From: an uncultured Verrucomicrobiae bacterium
GTDB lineage: Bacteria; Verrucomicrobiota; Verrucomicrobiia; Chthoniobacterales; UBA10450
Reading direction: 5' to 3'
DNA: 64,000 nt
Assembly: GCA_963772365.1 (NCBI GenBank)
Contig: CAVYXA010000001.1
Span: 1,536,001-1,600,000, forward strand
Within the stretch, counting starts at the first letter, position 1. Every line of letters starts with the position of its first letter. Positions 10,336 to 23,583 of this stretch are shown here, piece by piece. Position numbers and translations under genes: made by a program. The notes below the pieces were generated by a model that worked only from the letters and a program-made list of their open reading frames with translations, made no database searches and had not been told where the DNA came from.

Positions 10336-11057
10336 ATGAACACGGACTCGCCGGCCTACAAACGAATTGTGCTGAAGTTGAGCGGTGAAGCGCTTCAGGA
10401 ACGTGGCGCGCGCGATAATATTTCGCCGGCGGTCGTGCGCGAGATCGCCGAACGAATCAAAGAGGTGAACCAGCTTGGCGTGCAGGTCGCCATCGTGATC
10501 GGCGGTGGAAACATTTGGCGCGGCGTTTCGGCGTCGCATCGGGGAATGGATCGCACGACGGCGGATTACATGGGAATGCTCGCTACGGTCATCAACGCGC
10601 TGGCTCTGCGAAGCACACTTGCCCAGATCGGAGTCGAAGCACGGGTCCAGACAGCGATTGAAATGAAAAATGTGGCCGAGTCGTTCATTCTCGGCCGAGC
10701 CATTCGACATCTCGAGCTGGGACGTGTGGTAATTTTCGCCGGCGGAACAGGCAACCCTTATTTTTCGACCGACACCACGGCGGCTTTGCGGGCGAGTGAA
10801 ATTCGCGCCGACGTGATCCTGAAAGCCACGAAAGTAGATGGCGTTTACGATCGCGATCCAACGAAACATTCCGATGCGAAGCGTTACGATCGCCTTACAT
10901 TTAGTGAAGCACTAGCCAAACGACTGCAAATCATGGATTCGACCGCATTCAGCCTTTGCATGGACAACAAGATTCCCATAGTCGTGTTCGATATGTATAA
11001 GCCGGGCATTCTTCGCGAGGCCGTGCTCGGTCATAAGGTCGGAACATGGTCGTTTGA
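10336..11057 (+). CDS. pyrH: UMP kinase (true stop lost by an apparent 1-nt deletion near 11047)
   Basis: [39 protein letters not shown]. Adding one T gives the canonical end VGTLVV*. Confidence 0.95.
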
Positions 11058-11088
11058 GGAATCGCAGCCGGGCGAGAAATACAGGCAC

Positions 11089-11649
11089 ATGAGCAAGGAG
11101 GACATTCTTCTGGAGGCCGAGATGTCGATGGAAAAAAGCGTCGATTATCTGATTCACGAATTTTCCGCCGTTCGCACGGGCAAAGCTTCCCCCGCTCTGG
11201 TCGAGAACATCGACGTGCAAGCCTATGGCTCGACCATGAAACTGAAACAGCTCGCACTGATCACCACGCCGGAATCGCGTTTGCTGGTGGTGCAGCCATT
11301 CGATGCCGGCACGGTTCAGGACATTGAGCGGGCGCTGAAAGAATCGAAGATCGGGATCATGCCGGCGGTCGAAGGAAAAATCATTCGGTTACCCATCCCG
11401 GAATTATCGGAAGAACGTCGCAAGGAGTTGGTGAAATCGCTCGGCAAAATGGCCGAGGAAGCGCGCGTGCGAGTGCGCTCAAATCGACGGGCGGCACTGG
11501 ATGAAGCCAAAAAACTCAAGACCAGCGGAGGATTGACGGAGGATGGGATGCGGGACGTCGAAGACGAAGTGCAGAAACTGACCGATCATTTCGTCAAATC
11601 GATCGACGATCATCTCAAGCACAAAGAAGCCGAGATCCTGAAAGTGTGA
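11089..11649 (+). CDS. frr: Ribosome recycling factor
   Basis: [26 protein letters not shown]; own ATG at 11089. Confidence 0.95.
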   Translation: MSKEDILLEAEMSMEKSVDYLIHEFSAVRTGKASPALVENIDVQAYGSTMKLKQLALITTPESRLLVVQPFDAGTVQDIERALKESKIGIMPAVEGKIIRLPIPELSEERRKELVKSLGKMAEEARVRVRSNRRAALDEAKKLKTSGGLTEDGMRDVEDEVQKLTDHFVKSIDDHLKHKEAEILKV

Positions 11650-11656
11650 TCTTCCT

Positions 11657-11722
11657 CTTCCGCTTCCTCTACTCTCTCTCGTTTGCTGTAGAGATTAAGA
11701 TTTAGGAAGAAGTAGCGGAAGA
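11657..11722. terminator. Probable bidirectional terminator/palindrome between convergent genes
   Basis: tcttccgct..ct and ag..agcggaaga arms between frr and the convergent ORF. Confidence 0.5.
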
Positions 11723-12537
11723 TTACAACCGGACCAAATCGAGCAGAAACTGGCACCAGAGATAAATCATTCCCCGCCAGGAATATTTCACATCGCCGTC
11801 AGGCGTTTGCTTGAGAACGCCTTTGTCGATGTTGTGCGCGATTTGGTCTCGCAGGTCTCTTTCCATTTCCGCCTGGATCCGCTTTTCATCGAGAACATCA
11901 ATTTCCCCAACCTCGACATCGTTGCGCCGGAGAAATTCACGATGGCTTTGGTAAAGCTGCCAGAACGATTGATCCGGCCGCTGCCGATTGATGCGGAATT
12001 GCGGCGTTAGTTTCAAGCCGTAGGAGAGCGGATAATTCCACGTCGTCCAGATCATGCCGCTTTTAGCGCGCGAGGAGATTCGCAAGTAGTAAAAGGAGAG
12101 ATCATTCTGTTCGTTTAGGCAGATCGTGGCCTGGGCGCGATCCTCCTCCTTGTAGAACAAGCGAAAAAATTGCCGGTAATCTTCCCAGTCCCACCCGGCA
12201 TCGTCCGTGTGGATGAATCCTTCGTTCTCGATCTCGCGAGTGATCTCGTTAAGCGTGGGAAAAGTATCCGATGAGGGCGGGCTTTTAGGCCGAAGTTGTT
12301 TTTCCTTCGGCAAACGCAGCGTCCGAATGCGGGTGAGAATTTCCAGCCAGGGCAGAAACAGCCAGCTCAGTGCGGCGACGATCCCCAAGCCACGCTGCTC
12401 GTGATGAAATAAACGGCGAGATAAGAGGAAACAAGAATACCGAGCGCACCCGCTTTTTGAGAGAACGATGTTTGAAAGCTGCGCAGGGCGACGCTGAGCA
12501 CCGCTACGCCTAAGGTCAGGAAAAGGCCGAAAAGCAT
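11723..12537 (-). CDS. Hypothetical membrane protein (frameshift near 12390)
   Basis: ATG at 12537 gives hydrophobic MLFGLFLTLGVAVLSVALRSF.., which must change frame to join ..LSWLFLPWLEILTRIR and the soluble C-terminus. Confidence 0.7.
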
Positions 12538-12782
12538 TAGGGATTGATCTCGTGCTCGCGCAAAAATCTCTCGAGCTGATCGGTATCGAAATTGGCCAGG
12601 ACTTTGTCGCCCGCAACAAACGTCGGCACGTAAGTTTGATCGGAAAGCTCCTTCATTTCCTCGTAGGCTTGTCGATCCTGGCCGACATCGATCTCAGTAA
12701 ACCGGTAACCGCGCTCGGTGAGATAATCTTTCGCATCAATGCACCAGGAGCACCATTCACGGCTGTAGAGCTTTAATTCCAT
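12537..12782 (-). CDS. Glutaredoxin-family protein
   Basis: MELKLYSREWCSWC..QTYVPTF; CxxC motif and cis-Pro motif. Confidence 0.88.
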   Translation of the reverse strand: MELKLYSREWCSWCIDAKDYLTERGYRFTEIDVGQDRQAYEEMKELSDQTYVPTFVAGDKVLANFDTDQLERFLREHEINP

Positions 12783-12894
12783 AAGCGGCGGAAATAAACA
12801 ACTGCCGCTCGCTACGTCAACAGAAGGAGACTCAAAATATGAAGGTCGAGCGATCTTCGAGCGCGTTAGAAAAATCAATCGCCGCACGCAACAC

Positions 12895-14641
<1,747 letters not shown>

Positions 14642-15523
14642 TTAATATTCTCGTTCGAGGAGATAATTTGCGAGCCCGTGAAGCGCTTCGCCTTTCGGGC
14701 AGAAGATCGACAATGCATTGTGCGCGTTTCGCGTCAGCCGCCTCGCTTCGGCGCGCGATGCGTTCAGACCGATCACAGCAGGATAAGTCGCTTTCTTTGC
14801 TGCAATATCTTTTCCGGCGCTTTTGCCCAGCTTCTCGGACGTCTGGGTCACATCGAGAATGTCGTCGATCACCTGAAAAGCTAGTCCGAGAGCGCGACCG
14901 AATTTCGTGATCGCATTCAGCTGTTTTGAATTCGCGTTTGCGCTCATCGCACCCAATCGCACCGATGTCGTCAAAATCGCAGCAGTTTTGTTTTCATGGA
15001 TGTAACGAAGCTCGGCGCGCCCCGCGTTTTTCCCTTCCGCTTCCAAGTCGGCGACCTGTCCGGCGATGAGCTTCTGACTTCCCGCCGCGATCGCAATTTC
15101 GCGAAGCAAGATCGACATGTCATAACGGCGGGGCGGTCTTGCGCGGGACACGATTTCAAAGGCGATAGTTAGAAGCCCATCACCGGTCAGAACGGCGATG
15201 CCGTCGCCGAAGACTTTGTGGCAAGTGGGGCGACCGCGACGGAAATCGTCGTTGTCCATGCTGGGAAGATCATCGTGAACGAGCGAATACGTGTGAATGC
15301 ATTCCATGGCGCAGGCGAGCGGAAGGGCTTTGTCGATCCTGCCACCACAAGCTTCGGCCGCAGCGAGACAAAGAATCGGGCGGAGCCGTTTTCCGCCCGC
15401 GAACAAGCTGTAACGCATCGCCTTGTGAATCGTCGCCGGTTTGGTAGTTGCCTTGGGCAAGTATTGGTCCAACGCCTGATCGATTAGTTTTTGTCGAGGT
15501 GCGAGATAGGATTTGAGATTCAC
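14642..15523 (-). CDS. ispA: Polyprenyl (FPP/GGPP) diphosphate synthase
   Basis: GGKRLRP, HTYSLVHDDLPSMDNDDFRRG, FQVIDDILD, GKSAGKD. Confidence 0.92.
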   Translation of the reverse strand: MNLKSYLAPRQKLIDQALDQYLPKATTKPATIHKAMRYSLFAGGKRLRPILCLAAAEACGGRIDKALPLACAMECIHTYSLVHDDLPSMDNDDFRRGRPTCHKVFGDGIAVLTGDGLLTIAFEIVSRARPPRRYDMSILLREIAIAAGSQKLIAGQVADLEAEGKNAGRAELRYIHENKTAAILTTSVRLGAMSANANSKQLNAITKFGRALGLAFQVIDDILDVTQTSEKLGKSAGKDIAAKKATYPAVIGLNASRAEARRLTRNAHNALSIFCPKGEALHGLANYLLEREY

Positions 15524-15605
15524 AGTCGCGGGCGATTGTAGCGGCGTTCTGGAAGCGTCGCATTATTTTTCCAAGGCTTATGACCTCGGCTGGCGAGCGG
15601 ACTCG

Positions 15606-16571
15606 CTAGATATTCTCTGCTGTCTCGGTGGTGGCCACTGGTTTCGTGCGCATAGCGAGGAACGCACCTATAAGAAGAATTGCCGCGCTCCAAAGCTGCG
15701 CATGAGTCATGCGTTCGCCGTAAATCCAGGCGGAAAGAAGCATGGCACCGACGGGACAAAGAAGTTGGAGGGTTTGCGATAGCGCTACGCCGATTTCGTG
15801 AATGGCCACATAATAAAAAATGTGCGCCAGGGTGATGCAGGTGACGGCGGAAAAGATCAGGATCAAGTTCACGTGAGCGCCAGAGTGAAGCGGAGTGTCG
15901 ATGCGGCCGAACATTGCGGTCAAAGGCAAGAGCAGGGCCGACGTGATGAAGCTGATTAGAGTGAAACTGCGAATTGAGCCGAGTCGGGCGGATGGACGTT
16001 TGACCAATACACCGTAAAGCGCCCAGCAAAGTGTCGCCGTGAAAACAATCAATAATCCCGGTAATGCGATATGTTGATGATCTCTGCTCGCCTGGAACCA
16101 GATCACGCCAAACGAACCAATCAAGCCAAGCAGAGTGCCGATTTGGAATTGCCATTGCCGGATCACGTATCGCTCCTCGGGGAAGAACGCGAGCGCGAGC
16201 AAGGCAGTAAAAATTACCGAGGAGCGGGCGAAGATCGCGTAAACGCCGGGGCCGATGTAAAAAAGCGCCATCACCTGGGTCACTTGATGGATTACATTCG
16301 GCACACAGGGAATAAGGCACAGACCAACCGCGCGGATGTCGATCCTGCCTCGTCCGCGTCGGCCCCAATAAATTGCAAACGGCACAATGGCAATGAAAGC
16401 GACCAGGTATCGATAAAAGTTTTGGGCCCACGGATCGTAATAGCGATTCAAGAAATACATGAAGAGCGAAGGCGTGGACCAAATCACGACCGTGGTGAAG
16501 AGGGCGGCGTACCCTTTGGAGAGATTCCGCCTGCCAGGATCGACAGTTCCAGGCGGACGTGATTGAAGCAT
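15606..16571 (-). CDS. EamA/DMT-family permease
   Basis: About 10 hydrophobic helices in two EamA-like halves. Start is uncertain. Confidence 0.85.
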   Translation of the reverse strand: MLQSRPPGTVDPGRRNLSKGYAALFTTVVIWSTPSLFMYFLNRYYDPWAQNFYRYLVAFIAIVPFAIYWGRRGRGRIDIRAVGLCLIPCVPNVIHQVTQVMALFYIGPGVYAIFARSSVIFTALLALAFFPEERYVIRQWQFQIGTLLGLIGSFGVIWFQASRDHQHIALPGLLIVFTATLCWALYGVLVKRPSARLGSIRSFTLISFITSALLLPLTAMFGRIDTPLHSGAHVNLILIFSAVTCITLAHIFYYVAIHEIGVALSQTLQLLCPVGAMLLSAWIYGERMTHAQLWSAAILLIGAFLAMRTKPVATTETAENI

Positions 16572-16647
16572 GGATAAATTTGCCGGTTTAATTTGCTGGC
16601 CTACAGACAATTCATCCTCAAAATAAGCGCTAAAGGAGAACACAAAT

Positions 16648-17556
16648 ATGAGTACAACTCGGATTAAGGCATTTTTGATCCTCGCTGGACTATTGAGCAT
16701 TGCCAACTTCGGGACAGCCAAGGAGGGCGGCGCAGGAATTAGCGATTACGAGGAAGGAAACAAATTGTTCGATGGCAAACAATACGATATGGCGGCTGCC
16801 GCATTTACTAAAGCCATCCGGGCAAATCCGAAACAACCGATTTACTACGAAAATAGGGGCTTCACTTATCTGGCCATGAATAAACCAGTGGAAGCAGCCG
16901 ACGATTTCACGAGGGCCGTCGAGCTGGCACCGAAGGACGAAAAGGGATACATCGGCCGCGCGCAGGCTTACTTGCAACAACGACTGTACGATCAGGCCCT
17001 GGCGGATTCCGAACAGGTGATTCAGCTCAAGCCTGAAGAGACGGAAGGCTACAAATTACGCGGGTTCGCAGAACTGGGCCTCAGCCAGTGGGACAAGGCT
17101 CTGGCAGATTTTAACAAGGCCATCGAGAAAAATCCCAACGATTTGGAAAGTTATGATCGCCGCGCTTTCGCGTATCGCGGCCTGAAGAACTACGATGCAG
17201 CGATTGCCGATTACACCTTGATCCTGGGGAAGAATCCAAACGATGCCGAAACTCTGACCAAGCGCGGATACACCTACAGCCTGAAGCAGGACTACCAAAA
17301 GGCGATCGATGATTATCAAGCGGCGCTCAAGCTGAAGCCGAGCGACTATGACACGGAGCAGCGCCTCCAGTATGCGAAATCGATGCTGGCCGCCAAAAAC
17401 GCGCCGCCCCCGACGCCAACGCCAACTCCTGCCGGGCCGGGCTTGATCACACCGCTGAACATCGGCATTGCGATCGCGGTAATCATCGTCATTGCTGTGA
17501 TTGTACGCTTGGCAACGCGGGGGAAACCCGAGACCACGAGCGGGCGAATCCGCTAA
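16648..17556 (+). CDS. Secreted, membrane-anchored TPR protein
   Basis: Signal peptide, about six TPRs (YENRG..A..DF..A), PT linker and C-terminal TM helix. Confidence 0.88.
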   Translation: MSTTRIKAFLILAGLLSIANFGTAKEGGAGISDYEEGNKLFDGKQYDMAAAAFTKAIRANPKQPIYYENRGFTYLAMNKPVEAADDFTRAVELAPKDEKGYIGRAQAYLQQRLYDQALADSEQVIQLKPEETEGYKLRGFAELGLSQWDKALADFNKAIEKNPNDLESYDRRAFAYRGLKNYDAAIADYTLILGKNPNDAETLTKRGYTYSLKQDYQKAIDDYQAALKLKPSDYDTEQRLQYAKSMLAAKNAPPPTPTPTPAGPGLITPLNIGIAIAVIIVIAVIVRLATRGKPETTSGRIR

Positions 17557-17644
17557 GCTATTGTCCAGGCACCTTTGGTCTTCAGCCGGAACGGAGAGTA
17601 ATGATTACCCGCTCCGTGACCGACTAGCGATGGGCCTTTGATGA

Positions 17645-18370
17645 ATGAGAGGCAGACTGTGTTATTTGATTTGCGGTACTCATCGGAGCGGGAGCAATCT
17701 ACTTTGCGAAGCTCTCACCAGCACCCGTCTAGCCGGACATCCGGGAGAGTTCTTCGTGGAGCGCTTGATCCCGGCATACGCCAAGCGATGGAAGGTGGCA
17801 TGGACCGGTGATTTCCTTGCGTATGTTCGCGGGCTTATCGCAAAGACAGCGACGGAGAACGGTGTTTTCGGCGCAAAAGTAATGTGGATGCACCTTGGAA
17901 CCGTTCTGGACCACATAAAACGCGGCTTCATCTCTTTGCCGTCGGAACCCGCCCCGGCGGAACTGCTGAACTTACTCTTTCCAAGTTTGCAATACGTCTG
18001 GATTACCCGTGAAGATAAACTGGAACAAGCGATTTCTCTTTGGCGGGCGAAGCAGACCATGCAGTGGACCGCGTTCGAAGTACCGCAACGGGTGCCGCAA
18101 TACGATTATTGCGGAATCAAAACCTGTCGCGATCTGCTTGTTCAAGACGACGACGCATGGTCCTCATTTTTCGCGAAAAATCATCTGGAATATCATATCG
18201 TTAGATACAGCGAGTTGGCTGCAGATTATGCAAGCACGACGCTCAAGCTGCTTGAGGCCCTGAATATTGATGTGCCGGCAGAGTGGAGGTTCCGCCAGCT
18301 GCGGCTGCATAAACAGGCTGACGTGATTACTCAACAATGGAAGCATCAATTCTTAGCGGAAGATAGCTGA
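17645..18370 (+). CDS. Stf0-family sulfotransferase
   Basis: YLICGTHRSGSNLLCEAL..AGHPGEFF, NGVFGAKVMW, REDKLEQAISLWRAKQT, LHKQAD. Confidence 0.88.
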   Translation: MRGRLCYLICGTHRSGSNLLCEALTSTRLAGHPGEFFVERLIPAYAKRWKVAWTGDFLAYVRGLIAKTATENGVFGAKVMWMHLGTVLDHIKRGFISLPSEPAPAELLNLLFPSLQYVWITREDKLEQAISLWRAKQTMQWTAFEVPQRVPQYDYCGIKTCRDLLVQDDDAWSSFFAKNHLEYHIVRYSELAADYASTTLKLLEALNIDVPAEWRFRQLRLHKQADVITQQWKHQFLAEDS

Positions 18371-18478
18371 TCCGATTTCCAAATCCGGGGGATAGGTTGG
18401 CGCAAAGCCGCTTCCGTACTGGCGTTCTGAACCAGAACAATCGCTCGAAGCATGCACGAGCGCCTCCAAGAAATTTCT

Positions 18479-18506
18479 TTGACAGCCACAAGGGCGCTGT
18501 TAGCTT
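18479..18506 (+). promoter_or_regulatory. Putative sigma-70 promoter of the tRNA-Thr-tuf operon
   Basis: TTGACA-N16-TAGCTT with an extended TG. Confidence 0.5.
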
Positions 18507-18679
18507 GCGGACGCTTTTTGCTGGAACGAGCGGTCCCATGGTCGTTGACGCGGCTCTGGGACTTTTGACTCTTTGGCGAAGAGCAAAACCGGTCCGCCAC
18601 CGGATCAACCATCCGATGGCGAATTCGTTGCCCGACTCCGTTGCGCAATGTAGCGAGGGATCGACGATGACGAAGAGCG

Positions 18680-18755
<76 letters not shown>

Positions 18756-18814
18756 GTTTGAGCTCGCGGCCGGGACAGAGTAAGAAAAGCAGTTAACAAA
18801 ATAGAAAGATCGAC

Positions 18815-19999
18815 ATGGCTAAAGAAGCATTTAAACGCGACAAGCCGCACGTGAACGTCGGCACGATCGGGCACGTGGACCATGGCAAAACTACTCTCAC
18901 GGCCGCAATCACCAGCGTGCTCTCAAAAAAGGGCATGGCGGAAGTGCGCGCCTATGATTCCATCGACAACGCGCCCGAAGAAAAAGAGCGCGGAATCACG
19001 ATTAATACGGCCCACGTGGAATATCAAAGCGACAAGCGCCATTACGCGCACGTCGATTGTCCCGGTCACGCCGATTACGTGAAGAACATGATCACGGGCG
19101 CAGCCCAAATGGATGGCGCGATTCTGGTCGTTAGCGCGGCCGATGGCCCGATGCCGCAGACTCGTGAGCATATCCTGCTCGCGCGCCAGGTCGGTGTGCC
19201 ATCGATCGTCGTGTTCCTGAACAAGGTAGACATGGTCGATGACAAGGAACTTCTCGATTTGGTCGAGATGGAAGTCCGCGATCTGCTCACCCAATACGAA
19301 TTTCCAGGAGACAAAATCCCGATAGTCAAAGGCAGCGCGCTCAAGGCGCTGGAAGGCGACGCCGAGGCGGAGAAAGCCGTGCTCGAGCTCGTCAAAGCAA
19401 TCGACGATTACATTCCCGTGCCAGAGCGGCCGATCGATCAGCCCTTCTTGATGCCGATCGAAGACGTGTTCAACATTGAAGGCCGCGGCACCGTCGCCAC
19501 TGGTCGTGTCGAGCGCGGTATTCTCAAGAAAATGGAGGAAGTCGAGCTGGTCGGTATTCGGCCCACTGCCAAGACAGTAGCGACCGACATCGAAATGTTC
19601 CGAAAACTTCTCGATGAAGCACGCGCCGGCGATAACGTGGGCATTCTGTTGCGCGGTTTGAAGAAGGAAGAGGTGGAGCGCGGGCAGGTCATCGCCAAGC
19701 CCGGGTCCATCACGCCGCACAAGAAATTCAAGGCCGAAGTGTACGTCCTGACCAAGGAAGAAGGTGGGCGTCACACTCCATTCTTCACCAATTATCGCCC
19801 GCAGTTTTACTTCCGGACTACTGACGTTACCGGCACGGTTAAACTTCCCGATGGCGTGGAAATGGTGATGCCTGGAGATAACATCTCCATCGAAGTCGAG
19901 TTGATTACCCCGATCGCGCTGGAAAAGACGATCCGGTTCGCTATCCGAGAAGGCGGTAAAACCGTCGGCGCGGGTCGCGTGAGCGATATTTTGGATTAA
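18815..19999 (+). CDS. tuf: Elongation factor Tu
   Basis: [28 protein letters not shown]. Confidence 0.99.
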   Translation: MAKEAFKRDKPHVNVGTIGHVDHGKTTLTAAITSVLSKKGMAEVRAYDSIDNAPEEKERGITINTAHVEYQSDKRHYAHVDCPGHADYVKNMITGAAQMDGAILVVSAADGPMPQTREHILLARQVGVPSIVVFLNKVDMVDDKELLDLVEMEVRDLLTQYEFPGDKIPIVKGSALKALEGDAEAEKAVLELVKAIDDYIPVPERPIDQPFLMPIEDVFNIEGRGTVATGRVERGILKKMEEVELVGIRPTAKTVATDIEMFRKLLDEARAGDNVGILLRGLKKEEVERGQVIAKPGSITPHKKFKAEVYVLTKEEGGRHTPFFTNYRPQFYFRTTDVTGTVKLPDGVEMVMPGDNISIEVELITPIALEKTIRFAIREGGKTVGAGRVSDILD

Positions 20000-20027
20000 A
20001 ATAGAAGCGCCGATGCTGGTTGCTGTT

Positions 20028-20075
20028 GTAGGGCAGGCGCACCGCCTGCCTCGGCAACCGGAGCGGTTGCCCTAC
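20028..20075. repeat. GTAG-type REP doublet
   Basis: gtagggcaggcgcaccgcctgcc-tc-ggcaaccggagcggttgccctac: two hairpins bounded by GTAG/CTAC. Confidence 0.8.
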
Positions 20076-20083
20076 GAAAACTT

Positions 20084-20156
20084 ACGCCAGTAGCTCAATT
20101 GGTAGAGTAGCGGTCTCCAAAACCGTCGGTTGGGGGTTCGAGTCCCTCCTGGCGTG
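20084..20156 (+). tRNA. tRNA-Trp(CCA), CCA end not encoded
   Basis: Acceptor stem ACGCCAG/CTGGCGT, anticodon loop CTCCAAA, GGTTCGAGTCC. Confidence 0.96.
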
Positions 20157-20256
20157 TTTTGAAGGAGGAAGGATAAATTATGAAGAATGAAATGGCTGGG
20201 AAATTCAACGCCGTTATCTCTTCAAACCTGATTCTTCGCCCCTCATCGTCTTAAGC

Positions 20257-20475
20257 ATGATCACAAAAACGAAAAACTTCTTTAATGAAGTAAAAGTCGA
20301 GCTCCAGAAGGCCTCCTGGCCGTGGGATCCAAAGGAGAAAGGATTCCGCCGCTACAAGGAGCTTACTGACTCGACTCTGGTCGTGATCATCGCCATGTTG
20401 CTGCTCGGTGGTTACGTCGCGCTTTTCGATTTCGTTCTTGTGAATGTGGTCCATTTCTTCACCCGGTTGCACTGA
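20257..20475 (+). CDS. secE: Preprotein translocase SecE
   Basis: FFNEVKVELQKASWP plus one TM helix; lies between tRNA-Trp and nusG. Confidence 0.93.
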   Translation: MITKTKNFFNEVKVELQKASWPWDPKEKGFRRYKELTDSTLVVIIAMLLLGGYVALFDFVLVNVVHFFTRLH

Positions 20476-20478
20476 TTT

Positions 20479-21048
20479 ATGGCCCAGACGCTCGCAGGCA
20501 AAGATCAATGGTACGTAGTGCACGTGCTCTCCGGCCAGGAGAACAAGGTCAAGGAGAACATCGACAAAAGGGTCAAGACGGAAGAGATGAGCGATCTCGT
20601 TTACGAAGTGCTCGTCCCGACGGAACGAGTCTCCGAAATCAAGAAGGGCAAAAAAAGCGAGACCACACGAAAGTTTTTCCCGGGCTACCTGATCGTGAAC
20701 ATGCATTTGCTCGACGAGAATAATCAGCTCGTCGGGCGCACCTGGTACTTCATTCGGGAAACTCCCGGCGTGATCGGCTTTGCGGGAACCAAGGACAAAC
20801 CGATTCCAATGCGCCAATCGGAAGTCGAAAGCATGCTCGCGCAGATGAAGGAGCGCGAAGAAAAAGTAAAACCGAAGGTCAGTTTCGAAGTTGGCGAAAG
20901 TGTGAAAGTCGCCGACGGGCCCTTCCAAAACCAGACTGGCATCGTTGAAGAAATCGACCCCGAACGCGGCAAGTTGCGCGTCTCCGTCACGATTTTCGGT
21001 CGGGCCACACCGGTGGAATTGGAATACTGGCAGGTCGAGCGCGGCTAA
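20479..21048 (+). CDS. nusG: Transcription factor NusG
   Basis: WYVVHVLSGQE, FFPGY, KOW motif DGPF, VTIFGRATPVEL. Confidence 0.97.
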   Translation: MAQTLAGKDQWYVVHVLSGQENKVKENIDKRVKTEEMSDLVYEVLVPTERVSEIKKGKKSETTRKFFPGYLIVNMHLLDENNQLVGRTWYFIRETPGVIGFAGTKDKPIPMRQSEVESMLAQMKEREEKVKPKVSFEVGESVKVADGPFQNQTGIVEEIDPERGKLRVSVTIFGRATPVELEYWQVERG

Positions 21049-21085
21049 TCTTCGCTTCAACGTTTAACGCTTAAACGAATCACCA

Positions 21086-21511
21086 ATGGCAAAAGAAATT
21101 GTAGCTCACATCAAGTTGCAGATTCCCGCCGGTCAGGCGAATCCCGCGCCGCCCGTCGGTACTGCGCTCGGACCGCGCGGTGTCAACATCATGGCTTTCT
21201 GCAAGGAATTTAATGCTGCTACGCAGAAGCAAGCCGGCGATATTTTGCCGGTCGTGATCACTGTCTTCAAAGACAAGTCATTTACATTTATTACCAAGAG
21301 CCCGCCTGCGGCGGTGCTGTTGAAGAAGGCAGCTAATATCGCCGCGGGCTCAAAAGAGCCCAACAAAACTAAAGTCGGCAAAGTCACGCGCAAACAAGTG
21401 ATGGACATCGTCAACACGAAGCGCAAGGATCTCAACGCCGGTAATGACGAAGCTGCTTTTCGGATCATCGCCGGCACCGCCCGCCAAATGGGGCTGGAAA
21501 TCGCCGATTAG
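21086..21511 (+). CDS. rplK: 50S ribosomal protein L11
   Basis: [37 protein letters not shown]. Confidence 0.98.
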   Translation: MAKEIVAHIKLQIPAGQANPAPPVGTALGPRGVNIMAFCKEFNAATQKQAGDILPVVITVFKDKSFTFITKSPPAAVLLKKAANIAAGSKEPNKTKVGKVTRKQVMDIVNTKRKDLNAGNDEAAFRIIAGTARQMGLEIAD

Positions 21512-21539
21512 CTCCAACTCGAGGCGGGCGAGTCCTTGA

Positions 21540-23557
21540 ATGCTTCGTTCTCCTAAAGGGGAGCTTATCAGTGCAGCAGCGGTATTTTTCGTCGCGCTGT
21601 TTATTTATGTCGCGACACTGGCGCCAACGGTAACACTCGTAGATAGCGGCGAGCTTATCCTCGCCGCGCGGACACTGGGAGTCGCCCACCCGCCCGGGTT
21701 CCCATTGTATTTGATGCTGGCGCATCTCGCGTCGCTCCTTCCGATCGGCAATGTCGCGGTGCGAGTGAACTTTGCCTCCGCGTTTTTTGCCGCGCTCGCT
21801 TGCGCGATGATCGCGCTAGTTGTGGCCGAGATTTTGATAACGGCAGCGTACGCGCACGAATCCAAAGGAAAGCCTTCGAAGCGGGACCGAAAGAGAAAGA
21901 AAATGCCGCATTCTTCGGTCGCTTCCACAGATACCTCAGGGATCTGGAGGAGAACGATTGCGCCTTCCCTCGGTGCTGGTTTGCTCCTGGCCTTCTCGCG
22001 CACGCTCTGGGCTTACGCGACGATTGCGGAGGTTTATACACTCAATGCATTCCTGATCCTTACAATCTTCCTTCTGATGCTGCGGTGGCGCCGCTGTATC
22101 GTCGAAGATGGAGGATCGACAATAGGCCGGCACATCAACGCCAAGCACGATTTCCTTCTCTATACCGCGGCTGGAATCTTCGGTCTGGCGCTCGGCGTCC
22201 ATCACGTCACCGTCGCTCTGATGCTGCCGGCTCTGGCGGTTCTCGTTTATCGCACTCAGGGGCTAAAGTTTTTTTTGAGCAAACGGTTGGTTTACGCAGC
22301 ACTGATTTCTTTTGCTGCATTGATTTGTGTTTACGCTTATCTGCCGCTAGTCGCATCGGCTTCGCCCCTGTTCAATTGGGGCGACCCCAGATCATTACGA
22401 GCGATCTGGTGGCACATCACTGGTAGACAATATCAAGTGTTCTTTTCGTTCGCGCCTCAATTCGCTGCCGAAGAGCTGCGGAAATTTTTCGCTCTTCTTC
22501 TAAACGAATACGGATTTTGGTGGCTCCCGCTTGCGTTGATCCTGGCCGTGATCGGATATATCTCGGCACTTCGACGCGACCGCACAGCTTTTTGGTTCCT
22601 GGGCCTCATCTTTCTGTGCGATCTGGCTTATGGACTTGGATACAATATCGCCGAGGACAAAGACGCCTATTATTTACCAGCATTCATCTCGATCACGATC
22701 GCAGTTGGATTTGGCCTACGCGAATTCCTTCAGCGCATTCCGATAAAGATTCGTCGAGTCGGGACGCTCTTAGCGCTTTTGATTCCGCTGATCGCGCTGG
22801 CTGGTAATTGGGCTTTCAATAATCGCAGCCATTACTTCATCGCCCACGATTATGTCGAAAACATCCAAAGCACGATCAAGCCAAATGGCCTGCTGCTTAC
22901 AATGGATTGGCAGGTTGCGTCGCCATGCTTTACACCCGCGAGATCGAACATCGTCGCCGCGATATCCGAGCCATCGACGTTCTACTGTTGCGGCGCTCCT
23001 GGTATTTCGAGTATCTGCGGCGCGCCTATCCGGATTTGATCGAGCGGTCGCGCAATGAGGTCGATGCATATCTCGCCAATCTCAAGCAATGGGAACAAAA
23101 TCCAGAAGCCTACAGAAGAAGCCCGGCATTAACGCGGCAAATAAACGATTCCTTCCAGAACATGCTTCACTCATTTGTGAGCAGGGAACTGGCCGTCGCG
23201 CGTGTTTACGTCACGGCCGACCTGATTTTTATGAGAGAAGGCGAGAACAGCGAGTTCGTCGATTGGTTCGGTCGAAATTTTCAGGCGATTCCACGCGGGC
23301 TGGTCTTTCAAATGACTCAGGAGCCGGGTTTTCACGATCCGGGTGAGTTCCATCTGCAAACGCGTGGTCTTGTCGATGGTACAATTCAATTTGCTAAGGA
23401 CGACGTAGTGAGAATCAAGATCCTGCCAACCTACCGGATCATGCTCCAGAGCCGCGGTCAGTATCTGGCACATTTCCACCAAGAAAAGCGCGCAGCTACG
23501 GCATTCTTTGAAGCCAGTCGATTCGACCCGAGCTCCGATCTATTTCACGATAACTGA
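21540..23557 (+). CDS. DUF2723/TMEM260-like membrane (GT-C type) glycosyltransferase (frameshift near 22925)
   Basis: TLAPTVTLVDSGELI..LGVAHPPGFPLY, AEVYTLN, multiple TMs; continues in the 22907-23557 frame (LYTREIEHRRRD). Confidence 0.82.
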
Positions 23558-23583
23558 ACACTCCCGGGGATGAGGCGGATTGC

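Noticed and set aside
10336..11649. Apparent 437-aa PyrH-Frr fusion
   Set aside because: One added T at ggaaca^tggtcgtttga restores VGTLVV* and frr has its own ATG. This fits the indel errors seen across the window; reads would settle it.
20160..20255. Purine/pyrimidine heptamer-like tracts (also ~7970-8005 and 21050-21080) as ncRNA
   Set aside because: Degenerate low-complexity intergenic repeats with no evidence for a discrete RNA gene.
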